Below the pieces are notes generated by a model that saw nothing but the letters and a program-made list of their open reading frames with translations, was not told the origin of the DNA and searched no databases. From an uncultured bacterium (GTDB lineage Bacteria; CAZDME01; JAYEMH01), in contig CAZDME010000005.1 of the NCBI GenBank assembly GCA_964506785.1, positions 1-36,990 of the forward strand: 36,990 nucleotides of DNA, given 5' to 3'. The translations under genes were made by a program, and so were the position numbers. The number at the start of each line of letters is the position of its first letter. Within the stretch, counting starts at the first letter, position 1. Shown one piece after another: positions 1 to 9,934 of this stretch.

Positions 1-1
1 A

Positions 2-1603
2 AATAAATATGCCGATGATTCGGATATAGGCATTACGCAGAAAGGAGAGATGGTTACTCCTTTATTAAACGAATACGAAACTACGGATAACTCCGCCTTT
101 AGAACCGTATCCGGAGATTCATTAGTAAAAGTGGGAAGAAGCGTATTTTGCGACACTTGTAATAACGGAAATGTAAGCGAGATGAGCGCTGATATATTAA
201 CCTCTATCAGCGCGGCAGAGCCAGGATTAGGAGCAAATATTGCCACCGAAATTGCCACGCAACCGGAATTTGGCCTGGAAGGAGCAAACAGCTTTTTCTT
301 AACCTTACGGGACAATGACGGGCAGGCATTCTCTCGAACCTTTGGTGAATTGTGCGACTCGGATGTCACCCTAGCCGCCGATTCGTTTAACAGTAACTTT
401 GGAATTGCAGAACCAAACATTTCTGACCCTACAAAGCCAAACGACAAAACTCCTACCATGTACATTCTCCTTCCTCAAGCCGGGATGACTTCGCAGCAAC
501 TAAACCGGTTATTATCAACTCGGGGAGAAGGCGGAGAGTATCTTCTCCCGGATGAAAAAACAGTAGAGTTCTTTGTTGGCTGGACAAGACAGATGGGCGG
601 AGAAAGCCCCTGGGATGAAGCAATAATTCCTTTTGTTAATTCCGGCCGGGGAGAAGAACTACTTGAGCCTTTAGTTGCTGGGTATGAATCACTAAATAGT
701 TCGATATCTATCCCAGTGGAAGAATGGATGTCTAAACCAATGGAAGAGCAACTTTTTCTTTCCCTGGTTGATGTTATTCAAGAAGATGGAACTCCCGAGG
801 CAAGCGAGATTCTAAATAAAGGTATTGAAAAGGAAATTTTTGAACTTGACCCGGAGGTAGATTTGAGTATAATGCGGGAAGAGGAAGAATGGAAAATGAT
901 TGCCTCCAATCCTTCTACGACTGAATTCACCCGGGCGGCCGCCCTTTCCCAAATTGAAGATGAAGAGTGGTTAAAAGCATATGTGTTTGATACTGATAAA
1001 GATGAAGGATTGAGTTTTGACCGTGACATTTCGGACGTAGAATTTGCCGCTATTATCCGCACCGGACAAACCTCATCCTGGTATGACCAGCTGACGGATG
1101 AAGAAGAAAAAATATATTATTTTCAAAGAATATTAGCGGCGGATACAACCGACCTTAAGCAATATTTCAACTCATCTGAAAAACTCAATATGGTATTCGA
1201 TTGTAGCAATTTTAGTGTTCAGCTTCATATGAACGGGATAGGATTTGACGAGCACTTTGTTGGAGAACCTGAAGAGTTCGAATATCATGGGTATACTATA
1301 CCACAAAATCCCTATGGCCTTCCTATAGCTATGGTGGCTCTATATACAGAAAGTATGGCCCACGCCATAAATGCTTTATTCATTGGCAATAATTCAGATA
1401 GCCTCAAGGAACTTACCAATACGGATAACTGGATATTCGCAGAACCTCAGTTAGATACCAACGGCTCTTACCAGGCTTTATCAAAAGGCTCCTGGGTGCC
1501 AGAAGAGGGTATTACATATGTATATTTATATCTAGACCAACTTATTTTCCCAGAAGAGTTAGTTGTTTCTCTAGTTCTGTTAGGCATGCCAATAATTAAA
1601 TAA
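2..1603 (+). CDS. Acidic hypothetical protein, possibly the 3' part of a larger gene
   Basis: ORF 50..1603 stays open upstream to the window edge (NKYADDSDIGITQKGE-M). AAAGGAG precedes ATG 50, so that start is also possible. Very D/E-rich, no family recognised. Confidence 0.7.
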   Translation, partial: NKYADDSDIGITQKGEMVTPLLNEYETTDNSAFRTVSGDSLVKVGRSVFCDTCNNGNVSEMSADILTSISAAEPGLGANIATEIATQPEFGLEGANSFFLTLRDNDGQAFSRTFGELCDSDVTLAADSFNSNFGIAEPNISDPTKPNDKTPTMYILLPQAGMTSQQLNRLLSTRGEGGEYLLPDEKTVEFFVGWTRQMGGESPWDEAIIPFVNSGRGEELLEPLVAGYESLNSSISIPVEEWMSKPMEEQLFLSLVDVIQEDGTPEASEILNKGIEKEIFELDPEVDLSIMREEEEWKMIASNPSTTEFTRAAALSQIEDEEWLKAYVFDTDKDEGLSFDRDISDVEFAAIIRTGQTSSWYDQLTDEEEKIYYFQRILAADTTDLKQYFNSSEKLNMVFDCSNFSVQLHMNGIGFDEHFVGEPEEFEYHGYTIPQNPYGLPIAMVALYTESMAHAINALFIGNNSDSLKELTNTDNWIFAEPQLDTNGSYQALSKGSWVPEEGITYVYLYLDQLIFPEELVVSLVLLGMPIIK

Positions 1604-1647
1604 AATAATTCAGCCTTTTACTACTCCCCAAACGGAGGTAAAATTTC

Positions 1648-2082
1648 ATGAAAAAAATATTGATGGGTTTAACGGCCGCGGCAGTTATAATTCTCGCTTT
1701 TATCTGGATAGGCAGCATTAAAAAAGAAGATACCCTCGAACTTAAAAAAGCTGAACCGCAAATAACGGCAGAAACCAAAGAAGCGAGAGTGAACTTTTAT
1801 ACTCTCAACAGGCAAACAAAGGAGAAAGGGGCCTTTTTAGGAGAAGTAGAATATAAAAATGGTAAAATAGAAATTAAGGTTTCTGATCCCCAGTTAGAGA
1901 AAATTCTTCAATCTGACTTTATTACCTCCGGAGGAGAAACCGAGGAAGTAACCCTTCCTTCGGGAAGAAAGTTTGTCCGGGGAGGACTCTTAATCCAGAA
2001 ACCAGGGACATTAAAACATCTTCAAGCTATAATTAAACACGCGCCGGATTTGGGTTATAGTGTCGAGGTCATAGAAAAATAG
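1648..2082 (+). CDS. Hypothetical exported or membrane-anchored protein (144 aa)
   Basis: GGAGG RBS; MKK followed by a hydrophobic stretch (ILMGLTAAAVIILAFIWIG). Confidence 0.75.
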   Translation: MKKILMGLTAAAVIILAFIWIGSIKKEDTLELKKAEPQITAETKEARVNFYTLNRQTKEKGAFLGEVEYKNGKIEIKVSDPQLEKILQSDFITSGGETEEVTLPSGRKFVRGGLLIQKPGTLKHLQAIIKHAPDLGYSVEVIEK

Positions 2083-2108
2083 GCGGGATTTTTCTGCTTT
2101 GAGAGTCC

Positions 2109-3362
2109 TTATTCCTTCTGATTAATAATGGCTAAAAAATCCTTGTTTGATTTGGTCTTTTTGAATTTTTCGACCAAAAGCTCCATCGCCTCTACCGGAT
2201 TTAAGGGATTAAGCACCTTACGAAGCAGCCAAATTTTACCTAACTGCTCTTTTTCTAAAAGTAATTCCTCCCGACGGGTTCCGGAACGGTTAATATCAAT
2301 CGCCGGGAAAACCCTCTTATCCACTAATTTGCGGTCAAGATGAAGTTCCATATTGCCCGTGCCTTTAAACTCTTCAAAGATTACGTCATCCATACGGCTT
2401 CCGGTATCAATCAGGGCAGTGGCGATAATAGTAATACTCCCTCCTTCTTCAATAGCCCGGGCCGCGCCAAAGAATCTTTTAGGCTTCTGTAAGGCATTAG
2501 AATCGACGCCGCCGGAAAGAATTTTCCCACTGTGCGGCACTACGGCATTATAGGCCCTTCCCAAGCGGGTAATACTATCAAGCAGAATAAGCACATCCTT
2601 TTTATGTTCGACTAAACGCTTGGCCTTTTCGATAACCATTTCCGCCACCTGGACATGACGTTCGGCCGGCTCATCAAAAGTAGAACTGATTACCTCTCCT
2701 TTCACCGAGCGCTGCATATCGGTCACTTCTTCCGGTCTTTCGTCAATCAGTAAAACAATCAGCACTGTATCCGGAGAATTAACGGTAACCGAATTAGCAA
2801 TTTTCTGCAAAAGGACAGTTTTCCCTGTTCGCGGCGGAGCCACGATTAAACCGCGCTGTCCTTTCCCAATCGGGGTTAAAAGGTCCATTACCCGCATGTC
2901 AATTTCATTCGGTTTTGTCTCTAAAACAAATCTCTCCTGCGGATAAATGGGGGTTAAATCGTCAAAAAGAATCCGGCTTTTTATCGTCTCCGGGTTTTCG
3001 AAATTTACCGCTTCGACCTTCAGGAGAGCGAAATATCTCTCTCCTTCTTTTGGCGGCCGGATTTGCCCGGAGACCGTATCCCCCGTCAAAAGGCTAAACC
3101 GCCTGATTTGAGAAGGTGAAACATAGATATCATCGGGACAGGGCAAATAATTATAGTTGGGAGAACGAAGAAAACCAAATCCGTCGGGCAGTATTTCTAA
3201 AACACCCTCGCCAAAAGTTAATCCGTCTTTCTCGGTTTGCGCCTGCAGGATTTTGAAAATAATCTCGGTTTTTTTCATCCCTCTTAACCCGGCCAGCCCT
3301 AAATCCTGGCCGATTTTATGCAATTCGGTAACGGTTTTAGCTTTTAAATTAACAATATCCAT
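2109..3362 (-). CDS. rho: Transcription termination factor Rho
   Basis: [27 protein letters not shown], Walker [35 protein letters not shown]. Start moved to ATG 3362 (GGAGG upstream, removes coaE overlap). Confidence 0.98.
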   Translation of the reverse strand: MDIVNLKAKTVTELHKIGQDLGLAGLRGMKKTEIIFKILQAQTEKDGLTFGEGVLEILPDGFGFLRSPNYNYLPCPDDIYVSPSQIRRFSLLTGDTVSGQIRPPKEGERYFALLKVEAVNFENPETIKSRILFDDLTPIYPQERFVLETKPNEIDMRVMDLLTPIGKGQRGLIVAPPRTGKTVLLQKIANSVTVNSPDTVLIVLLIDERPEEVTDMQRSVKGEVISSTFDEPAERHVQVAEMVIEKAKRLVEHKKDVLILLDSITRLGRAYNAVVPHSGKILSGGVDSNALQKPKRFFGAARAIEEGGSITIIATALIDTGSRMDDVIFEEFKGTGNMELHLDRKLVDKRVFPAIDINRSGTRREELLLEKEQLGKIWLLRKVLNPLNPVEAMELLVEKFKKTKSNKDFLAIINQKE

Positions 3363-3372
3363 GATTTCCTCC

Positions 3373-3408
3373 TCGGTTGGCCGTTTGCCGGTTAGCTGAT
3401 TACCGGCT
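3373..3408. repeat. Degenerate 7/8-nt tandem array overlapping the coaE stop
   Basis: TCGGTTGG CCGTTTG CCGGTTAG CTGATTA CCGGCT. Confidence 0.5.
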
Positions 3409-4012
3409 CTTCGGCATTTAATTTTTTCCAAATTTTTTTAACCTGCTTTTTCGTTTCCAGGAGACTGCCTGAATTATCGATGATAAAATCTGCCCATTTT
3501 ATTTTTTCCCTCTGGGGTAACTGCGCCTTAATCCGCTTAAGAATTTCACCCTGCCTCAGGCCGCTTTGACTTTTAGCTAATCGTTTTATCTGGCTGCGCC
3601 GGTCGATTTTAACCAGGATTAAATAATCAAGTATTCTCTCAAGCGGCTTCATCTCGATAAGCAAGGCTCCGTCAATAATTACCACACCTTCTTTTAGCTT
3701 CCTTTTAAGCCTCCGGGATTCCTCTTTTACTTTCTGAATTAGAAAAGGATGAATAATAGCGTTTAACTGCTCTAATTTTTTAAAATCGGCGAATACTATT
3801 TTCCCCAGCCTTTTCCTGTTTATAGCCTGATTGTCATTAAGAATCCCGTTGCCAAAAGATTTACCAATACGCTTCCAGACTAATTCACCGGGGGAAAGAA
3901 GCTTGTGCCCTAATCTATCGACATCAATTATTGCCGCGCCTAACTGGCGGAAAAATCTGGCTATGGTAGTTTTCCCCGAAGCAATATTTCCCGTCAAACC
4001 GACAATTAACAT
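3392..4012 (-). CDS. coaE: Dephospho-CoA kinase
   Basis: [30 protein letters not shown]; polA-coaE-rho order. Confidence 0.96.
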   Translation of the reverse strand: MLIVGLTGNIASGKTTIARFFRQLGAAIIDVDRLGHKLLSPGELVWKRIGKSFGNGILNDNQAINRKRLGKIVFADFKKLEQLNAIIHPFLIQKVKEESRRLKRKLKEGVVIIDGALLIEMKPLERILDYLILVKIDRRSQIKRLAKSQSGLRQGEILKRIKAQLPQREKIKWADFIIDNSGSLLETKKQVKKIWKKLNAEEPVIS

Positions 4013-4016
4013 TTCA

Positions 4017-4116
4017 NNNNNNNNNNNNNNNNNNNNNNNNNNNNNNNNNNNNNNNNNNNNNNNNNNNNNNNNNNNNNNNNNNNNNNNNNNNNNNNNNNNN
4101 NNNNNNNNNNNNNNNN
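4017..4116. other. 100-N assembly gap, possibly zero real length
   Basis: Both flanks share TTTCA; merging gives polA TGA-A-ATG coaE. Confidence 0.7.
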
Positions 4117-4118
4117 TT

Positions 4119-5732
4119 TCAGATTTCCGCCCAGGTCCTCCCCAGAGACAAATTCACCTTTAAAGGGATAGATAAGGGGACTATGTTTTCCATCCCCGCT
4201 TCAACCATTTTTTTAACTTCTTCTACTTCCTCTTTGGGAACTTCCAGAATCAATTCGTCATGAATTTGAAGAATCATTTTAGCCGCCAGTTTTTTCTGTT
4301 TTAATTTTCCCCATATTTTTATCATGGCTAATTTTATGATTTCCGCCGCGCTTCCCTGAATAGGCGTATTTATGGCTACCCGATAGGCAAACTCCTTTTT
4401 CTGGCGATTGGAACTGGATATTTCGGGGATATAGCGTTTTTTCCCAAACATAGTCTTGACATAGCCTTTAGTTTTAGCTTCCTCTATAGTTTTTTCTATA
4501 TATTCCTTAACCCCCTGATACTTGGCAAAATAGCGGTTAATAAAATCTTCTGCCTGGTTCACTTCAATCTTCAAACTGCGCGATAACCCGTAAGCGCTCA
4601 TCCCGTAAATTATTCCAAAATTAATCGTTTTGGCCATTCTCCTCAAATCAGTATCAACTTTAGCCCCTTCTAATTCAAAAATTTCCTGAGCAGTCTTTTC
4701 GTGAATATCTTCACCATTCTTAAAAGATCCCATAAGTAATTTATCCTGGGAAAAATGAGCTAAAAGCCTCAATTCTACCTGAGAATAATCTCCCCCAAGC
4801 AAAAAGTAATCAAGGGAAGAGGAAGTAAAAGCCTCCCGCAAGCGCTTACCCCAGGCGCTTCTAACAGGAATATTTTGAAGGTTAGGGTTACTGCTTGAAA
4901 GGCGCCCGGTAGAAGTAACCGTTTGGTGATAAGAGGTGTGCAGACGCCCGTCTTTAGAGTCAATAAGCTTGGGCAAAACCTCAACATAGGTTGACTTGAG
5001 CTTGGAGGCCTCGCGGTATTCTAAAAGCTTTTGCGGCAGAATATGCGTTTTGGATAAAATCTCAAGCACCCCGGCATCAGTCGAAAATCCTGATTTTTTC
5101 TTTTTCACTGGAGGCAGTCCCAACTTGCCGAATAGAATAAGAGCGAGCTGCCGGGGAGAAGCAATATTAAATTTTTCTCCGGCTATTTCATAGATTTCAC
5201 CGGATAATCCTTTGATTCTTTCATCCAGCTCTTTGGAGATTTTAATTAAAATTTCTTCCTTCAGGGTAATACCCGTTTTCTCCATATCAGCTAAAATCTC
5301 TATCAAAGGCACTTCGATTTTCTGAAAAAGAGAAAAAAGATTTTCCCTCTTTAATTTCTCTTCCAAATTTCTCTTCTCGTCAAATACATTTTCCAGGGAA
5401 GCGCCTTCCAACGGATAATTAAGGAGGTAGGCGGCAATCTGCAAATCAAATGCTACCCCCTGCAGGGCAAAATTAGCATTATCTAAAAGGGGGATCTGGC
5501 TTTTTAGATTATATCCGTATTTTTCTATACCAGTATCAAAAAGTATATCTTTCAAATCTTTTTGGAAAACAGAAGCCCTTAAAGGAAGGGAGAGAACTCT
5601 TTGACCTTCGGCGGCTATATGAATAAAATCTTTTTCGACTTTTAAGGCTAATTTCTTTTTGCGTTTTACGCTTTGAATAAACTTTTTAAATTCTTTAATC
5701 TCGCTTTTAGGCACCCCGCCCTCTCCTGCCAT
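4119..5732 (-). CDS. polA: DNA polymerase I, Klenow-like half (polymerase plus vestigial 3'-5' exonuclease)
   Basis: TGRLSSSNPNLQNIP; motif A DYSQVELRLLAH; motif B RRMAKTINFGIIYG; motif C LQIHDEL. No 5'-3' exonuclease domain. Confidence 0.95.
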   Translation of the reverse strand: MAGEGGVPKSEIKEFKKFIQSVKRKKKLALKVEKDFIHIAAEGQRVLSLPLRASVFQKDLKDILFDTGIEKYGYNLKSQIPLLDNANFALQGVAFDLQIAAYLLNYPLEGASLENVFDEKRNLEEKLKRENLFSLFQKIEVPLIEILADMEKTGITLKEEILIKISKELDERIKGLSGEIYEIAGEKFNIASPRQLALILFGKLGLPPVKKKKSGFSTDAGVLEILSKTHILPQKLLEYREASKLKSTYVEVLPKLIDSKDGRLHTSYHQTVTSTGRLSSSNPNLQNIPVRSAWGKRLREAFTSSSLDYFLLGGDYSQVELRLLAHFSQDKLLMGSFKNGEDIHEKTAQEIFELEGAKVDTDLRRMAKTINFGIIYGMSAYGLSRSLKIEVNQAEDFINRYFAKYQGVKEYIEKTIEEAKTKGYVKTMFGKKRYIPEISSSNRQKKEFAYRVAINTPIQGSAAEIIKLAMIKIWGKLKQKKLAAKMILQIHDELILEVPKEEVEEVKKMVEAGMENIVPLSIPLKVNLSLGRTWAEI

Positions 5733-5825
5733 CTTTTATTTTTTCCTTCGATACCTAATCAATCCACTTAATAGGGACTCTACTGTTTCAAGGGTAGAAG
5801 TAAAACAGGCCCATTTCCCGTTTCC

Positions 5826-6689
5826 CTAGGGAATTGGTAGTTCTTCCAATCTTTTTATCAACCGGTTGAATTTTAACCCTTCGAAGATTTTTTTTACTTT
5901 TTCCCTGTCAAATTTATTCCAGTTCAAATCGCTTAATTCAATCTCTATCGGCGCCTTACAGTCAAGAAGAGCCAGCTCCTTACTGAGCTCAGCCTGTTCC
6001 TTATGGACGATAAGAAGCTTTTTAGTTGCCTCACCCTTTACCCTGTCTAAATTTTTATAAATATTTTCCAGGTTTCCAAATTCTCCAATCAAAGCTAAGG
6101 CGGTTTTTGCCCCAATCCCGGTAACACCCGGTATATTATCGGTAGAATCCCCGGCCAAGGCAATAAAATCCACCATCTGCCCTGGTTCTACCCCAAACTT
6201 CTCTTTCACTTTCTCCTCGTCATAAATTAGATTCTCCTTATGGGTATCGATAATCTTTATGTTAGAATCGACAAGCTGGAGAATATCCTTGTCTCCGGTA
6301 ATAATAAAGATAGTTAACTTGGATTCGAATTTTTTGGCGATAGTCGCCAGAATATCGTCCGCCTCAAAACCTTCCTTTTCAATTACCGCAATATTCATCG
6401 CCCCGGCAATTTCTTTAATTAAAGGGAACTGCTCAATTAAATCATCGGGCATACGCGGACGATGAATCTTATATTCCTCGAATTTTTTATGGCGGAAGGT
6501 AGGGGCCGGATAATCAAAGGCAAAAGCTAAATATTCCGGCTTTTTCTCGCTAATAACCTTAAAAAGCATATTGAAGAATCCATAAACAGCCCCAATGGGT
6601 CTCCCCTCCGGGGTAGAAAGAGCCTTTAGGGCATAAAAAGCCCGGTAAGCATAAGAATTGCCGTCAATTAGGTATAGCTCTTTGGGCAT
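5826..6689 (-). CDS. Stand-alone 5'-3' exonuclease (Pol I N-terminal, FEN-like domain)
   Basis: LYLIDGNSYAYRAFYA, FEADDILAT, IITGDKDILQLV, LAGDSTDNIPGVTGIGAKTA; ends in TAG. Confidence 0.95.
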   Translation of the reverse strand: MPKELYLIDGNSYAYRAFYALKALSTPEGRPIGAVYGFFNMLFKVISEKKPEYLAFAFDYPAPTFRHKKFEEYKIHRPRMPDDLIEQFPLIKEIAGAMNIAVIEKEGFEADDILATIAKKFESKLTIFIITGDKDILQLVDSNIKIIDTHKENLIYDEEKVKEKFGVEPGQMVDFIALAGDSTDNIPGVTGIGAKTALALIGEFGNLENIYKNLDRVKGEATKKLLIVHKEQAELSKELALLDCKAPIEIELSDLNWNKFDREKVKKIFEGLKFNRLIKRLEELPIP

Positions 6690-6737
6690 GTGTTCTAAGG
6701 ATTAATAAAGGCGTGAATTAATAGCGAATTATGCTTT

Positions 6738-6766
6738 CTGTTAACTTTTAACTCTAGGCTGTTAAC
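6738..6766. repeat. Degenerate heptamer array
   Basis: CTGTTAA CTTTTAA CTCTAGG CTGTTAA C, just after the secretin stop. Confidence 0.5.
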
Positions 6767-6769
6767 ATT

Positions 6770-9451
6770 TCACCGAGATAACTGTTCCCCCGAGGGAGTA
6801 ATAATGTGAGCGGTGACAAAGATGAGTAAATTTCTCTTCTCTGAGCGGTCATAGTCTCTGCGGAATAAGGCCCCCAGAACAGGAATATCCCCAAGAAGGG
6901 GAACCTTGTCCCGGATGTGACCGGTAGTTTCTTTCATTAATCCCCCGAGGACTACGGTATCACCGTTATTGATGACGATACTGGTAATACACTTCCGCGA
7001 TTCGAAGAAAGGTTGTTTGTAAGGCGTCTCTGAGGTACCGTAGTCATACCACTCGGCTAAGGCACTCACTTCCGGTATAATGGTTAAATTTATCATCTTC
7101 TTATCCATACCGACGCGGGGGATAACCTTAAGCAATATGCCCGCATCCCGGGTCTGAAATTTCTCAGGGGTGGAGGTAGCATCTTTAACCTTTACCCCGG
7201 CTGAATTATATTCTGCGGCCGTGGTTTCGTAAGCGGTCGGATAGATATATTCGGTGACAATCTTTATGTTAGCCTCCTGGCCGTTAAGGGTAGTCACCTT
7301 GGGAGAAGACAAAAGATTTGTTTGGTCGTGCTGTTCGATGGCGTGAAGAACCGCTTCAAATTGCGGCGTGGTAAGTATGCCACTTAGCGTCAGGTCAAGT
7401 CCACCGAGACTATCCGTTACTATATCTTGGCTACGCGTCTTTACAGGATAAGGTTTATATTCGTTTGCACTGGCATCATAGTAATATTCTTGAGTTAAAC
7501 CTGTTTCTTTGATAAACTTCCGACTACCCAATGTAGGAAATTGAGTCACTTCACCTTTATTAAGCTTTAATTTATTTTTGTCTGAAACCTGATCTATCCC
7601 CCAATCTGCACTCAGATTCCATTCCAGCCCCAATTCTTTCAGCGCTGTTTCGCCCACTTCGACAAAACGGGCCTCAATCATTATCTGCACCGGGGCGACA
7701 TCAAACTCCTTTAAAATATCTTCGATAATTTGCAGGTTGGATAAGGTATTAGTCACTATTAAAGCGCCAATTCGTTCAACCAGAGTAATCCGGCTTCTCT
7801 CTGGCCAGGAAACACTTCCCCGCAGAATATCTTCAATGGTTTTCTCATTTTGAATAACCGCCTCCTGCCTGGACACTGATTCTTCTTCCGTCGGCCTCTT
7901 AGTAAACATAGCTTCTTCACTAAAGACCGTATGGGTGCCTAATCCTTTACGCAGATGATAAATCCTCGTCTCCATTTTTTCCTCAGCTTCCAACTTTTCC
8001 GGGGTGGTAATAAAAATTACGTCTTTTTCCACCCGGTAAGCCAGGCCTTTGGACTTCATAATGTATTCTAAAGCGTCGATTAAACTCACCTCAGTCAAAT
8101 AGATAGTGATAGTGGGGTCGACCGCATCCAAAACCGATTCATCCAGGACGATATTTACCCCTGTCCATTCATGGAGCTGGCGAATAACGTCGCGGAGATC
8201 GGCTTCTTTAAAATCTAAACTAACTTTTTGACTGGCTCCTTTTCCTAAAATATCCCTGATTGCCTCCTTGTTTTTCCCGGCCACCGAGGAGGCCAGCATA
8301 TCTAATTCCGGCTTTTCGGAAGCCCGCTTTTCATAAGGCTCGCTCAATTGGCTTCGGGATACATCTAAAATCCGGGCTTTTTCTTCTATCCGTTTTCTGG
8401 CTTCGACACTATCTTTTTCCGCCTGCCAGACAGCCACATTAGCCCGTTCAATCAAGGCCGTGGCCTGATGAGAATAAGGGTCCAGGACTAAAATCTTCTC
8501 CCAGGTACTTTTGGCCTTATCATATTCTTTAGCGGCATAATAACTCTGTCCCTCTGTAATTAAACTCTGGATACGCGCCGCTTTCGTCTCTTTGGTCGCC
8601 CGGGCAAGATTCCTCTGCGCTCTGGCAATATATGACTGGGCATCTTCGGTAAATTTATGCCTGGGCATAAGGGCTTCAGCTTTCTTGAATTCCTCAATAG
8701 CCTCTAAGTATTCCCTTTCATCAAAATAGGCTTTGCCGGCGCCATAATGCCGCATAAATTCACGTTCCCGCGATATCTCTACCTGGCCGATATGCTCGGC
8801 CAATCTCTCCTTTGCTTCTCTTTTTAGGGCTTTCTCCTCTTCTTCTATCTCCTCAATATATCTTTTCGCCCAGGTATGCGAGGGATCAATGGTCAACAAT
8901 TTCTGAAATTCTTTCTTGGCTTCATCATATTTTCCGGCAATATAGAATTCCTTTCCCTTGGCGTAATAGCGGCGGACCATTTCCTGATGAGAAAGAGGGA
9001 AGGTCATTTCATCCTTTATTTTCTCTTCTCGAGAAACTTGAGCCGTCCTTAGAGGATTGTCCACATAGATTAAAACATTGTTACCGCTTTTGGCCGCTCG
9101 AAAGGAAGAATCAGCCTTTAAATCCAAAACGATGCGCACCCGATTTTCCTCGAACAAACCCGTCCGGATTTGTTCAATCACCTCGCTCCCAACCGAAATC
9201 ACTTTGGGCGTCCGGGTTTGGCCGGCATCCCAGATATCGACAACAATCCGATTCGGCTCTGAAGGCTCGCTGCTTTTTAATTTAAAATAGGTATAATGGA
9301 CTGGTTCACTCGTCCTGATAGTGACCAAATCCTCCTGAGGCAGCTTTTCCACTCCCAGGCTGATTACTTCATTAGCCGGCAAGGCCAAAGTTGGATTGCT
9401 TCCTAAGGTAATTAAACTCAACGCCAAAATTAGAACTGTTAGTTTTCTCAT
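6770..9451 (-). CDS. pilQ: PilQ/GspD-family secretin with AMIN-like and TPR-like N-terminal regions
   Basis: Signal peptide; PNRIVVDI...VRIVLDL (AMIN-like); TPR-like units; VSLDFKEADLRDVI; QIMIEARFVEV, LLSSPKVTTLNGQEA, KVPLLGDIPVLGALFR. Confidence 0.9.
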   Translation of the reverse strand: MRKLTVLILALSLITLGSNPTLALPANEVISLGVEKLPQEDLVTIRTSEPVHYTYFKLKSSEPSEPNRIVVDIWDAGQTRTPKVISVGSEVIEQIRTGLFEENRVRIVLDLKADSSFRAAKSGNNVLIYVDNPLRTAQVSREEKIKDEMTFPLSHQEMVRRYYAKGKEFYIAGKYDEAKKEFQKLLTIDPSHTWAKRYIEEIEEEEKALKREAKERLAEHIGQVEISREREFMRHYGAGKAYFDEREYLEAIEEFKKAEALMPRHKFTEDAQSYIARAQRNLARATKETKAARIQSLITEGQSYYAAKEYDKAKSTWEKILVLDPYSHQATALIERANVAVWQAEKDSVEARKRIEEKARILDVSRSQLSEPYEKRASEKPELDMLASSVAGKNKEAIRDILGKGASQKVSLDFKEADLRDVIRQLHEWTGVNIVLDESVLDAVDPTITIYLTEVSLIDALEYIMKSKGLAYRVEKDVIFITTPEKLEAEEKMETRIYHLRKGLGTHTVFSEEAMFTKRPTEEESVSRQEAVIQNEKTIEDILRGSVSWPERSRITLVERIGALIVTNTLSNLQIIEDILKEFDVAPVQIMIEARFVEVGETALKELGLEWNLSADWGIDQVSDKNKLKLNKGEVTQFPTLGSRKFIKETGLTQEYYYDASANEYKPYPVKTRSQDIVTDSLGGLDLTLSGILTTPQFEAVLHAIEQHDQTNLLSSPKVTTLNGQEANIKIVTEYIYPTAYETTAAEYNSAGVKVKDATSTPEKFQTRDAGILLKVIPRVGMDKKMINLTIIPEVSALAEWYDYGTSETPYKQPFFESRKCITSIVINNGDTVVLGGLMKETTGHIRDKVPLLGDIPVLGALFRRDYDRSEKRNLLIFVTAHIITPSGEQLSR

Positions 9452-9933
9452 CTATTTCCTCCTGAATTTTTAGAACAAGGGAGCTTCGTTTCTCCCCCTT
9501 CCTCACTATAGATTAACACAAATTCCTTTTGAATGTCAACTATTCTGAAACCTTCGGCGGACTCGCCGCTTTTTAAGAAATAACTCTTTTTAACCCCTTC
9601 GAAAACTGTTTCAATGACGGCAATTTTTTCATCCCCAATTTCTATTTGCCCCCGGTAGAATAACTTTAATTTGGGAAGAGTTACCTCTTCCCGCGGGGCA
9701 ATTGCTTCTTTTTTAGGAAGTCCATTCCCGGGAGAAGAAAAAATATCCCGCTCATTAATATCCAGCAGAAAATCAGCAAAGGATTCTTCCTTAAGATTCT
9801 CCAAACGTTCGATATCAAAAAACCGGGGCTGAATTAACAAAGAGACGGGCCCCTTTCCTTCTTGGGCAAAAATATTCCTGCCGGCGGCAATCAAAATCAT
9901 AACCCAAAAAATAACAGATAGTTTATTTTTCAT
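9448..9933 (-). CDS. PilP/GspC-like accessory protein
   Basis: Between PilO-like gene and secretin; signal peptide; RDIF and AVIE...YFLKSGESAEGFRIVDI pattern. Confidence 0.6.
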   Translation of the reverse strand: MKNKLSVIFWVMILIAAGRNIFAQEGKGPVSLLIQPRFFDIERLENLKEESFADFLLDINERDIFSSPGNGLPKKEAIAPREEVTLPKLKLFYRGQIEIGDEKIAVIETVFEGVKKSYFLKSGESAEGFRIVDIQKEFVLIYSEEGGETKLPCSKNSGGNR

Positions 9934-9934
9934 C

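Noticed and set aside
2083-2108. Bidirectional terminator between the convergent genes
   Set aside because: Only a weak G.U-rich stem is visible.
4017-4116. Missing gene or element in the 100-N gap
   Set aside because: Both flanking genes are complete and the flanks overlap by TTTCA, so it is probably a scaffolding artefact.
5733-5828. Amber readthrough or recoding joining the polA halves
   Set aside because: A second in-frame stop (TAA) follows, and TAG ends other genes here normally (purN, holB, gcvPA).
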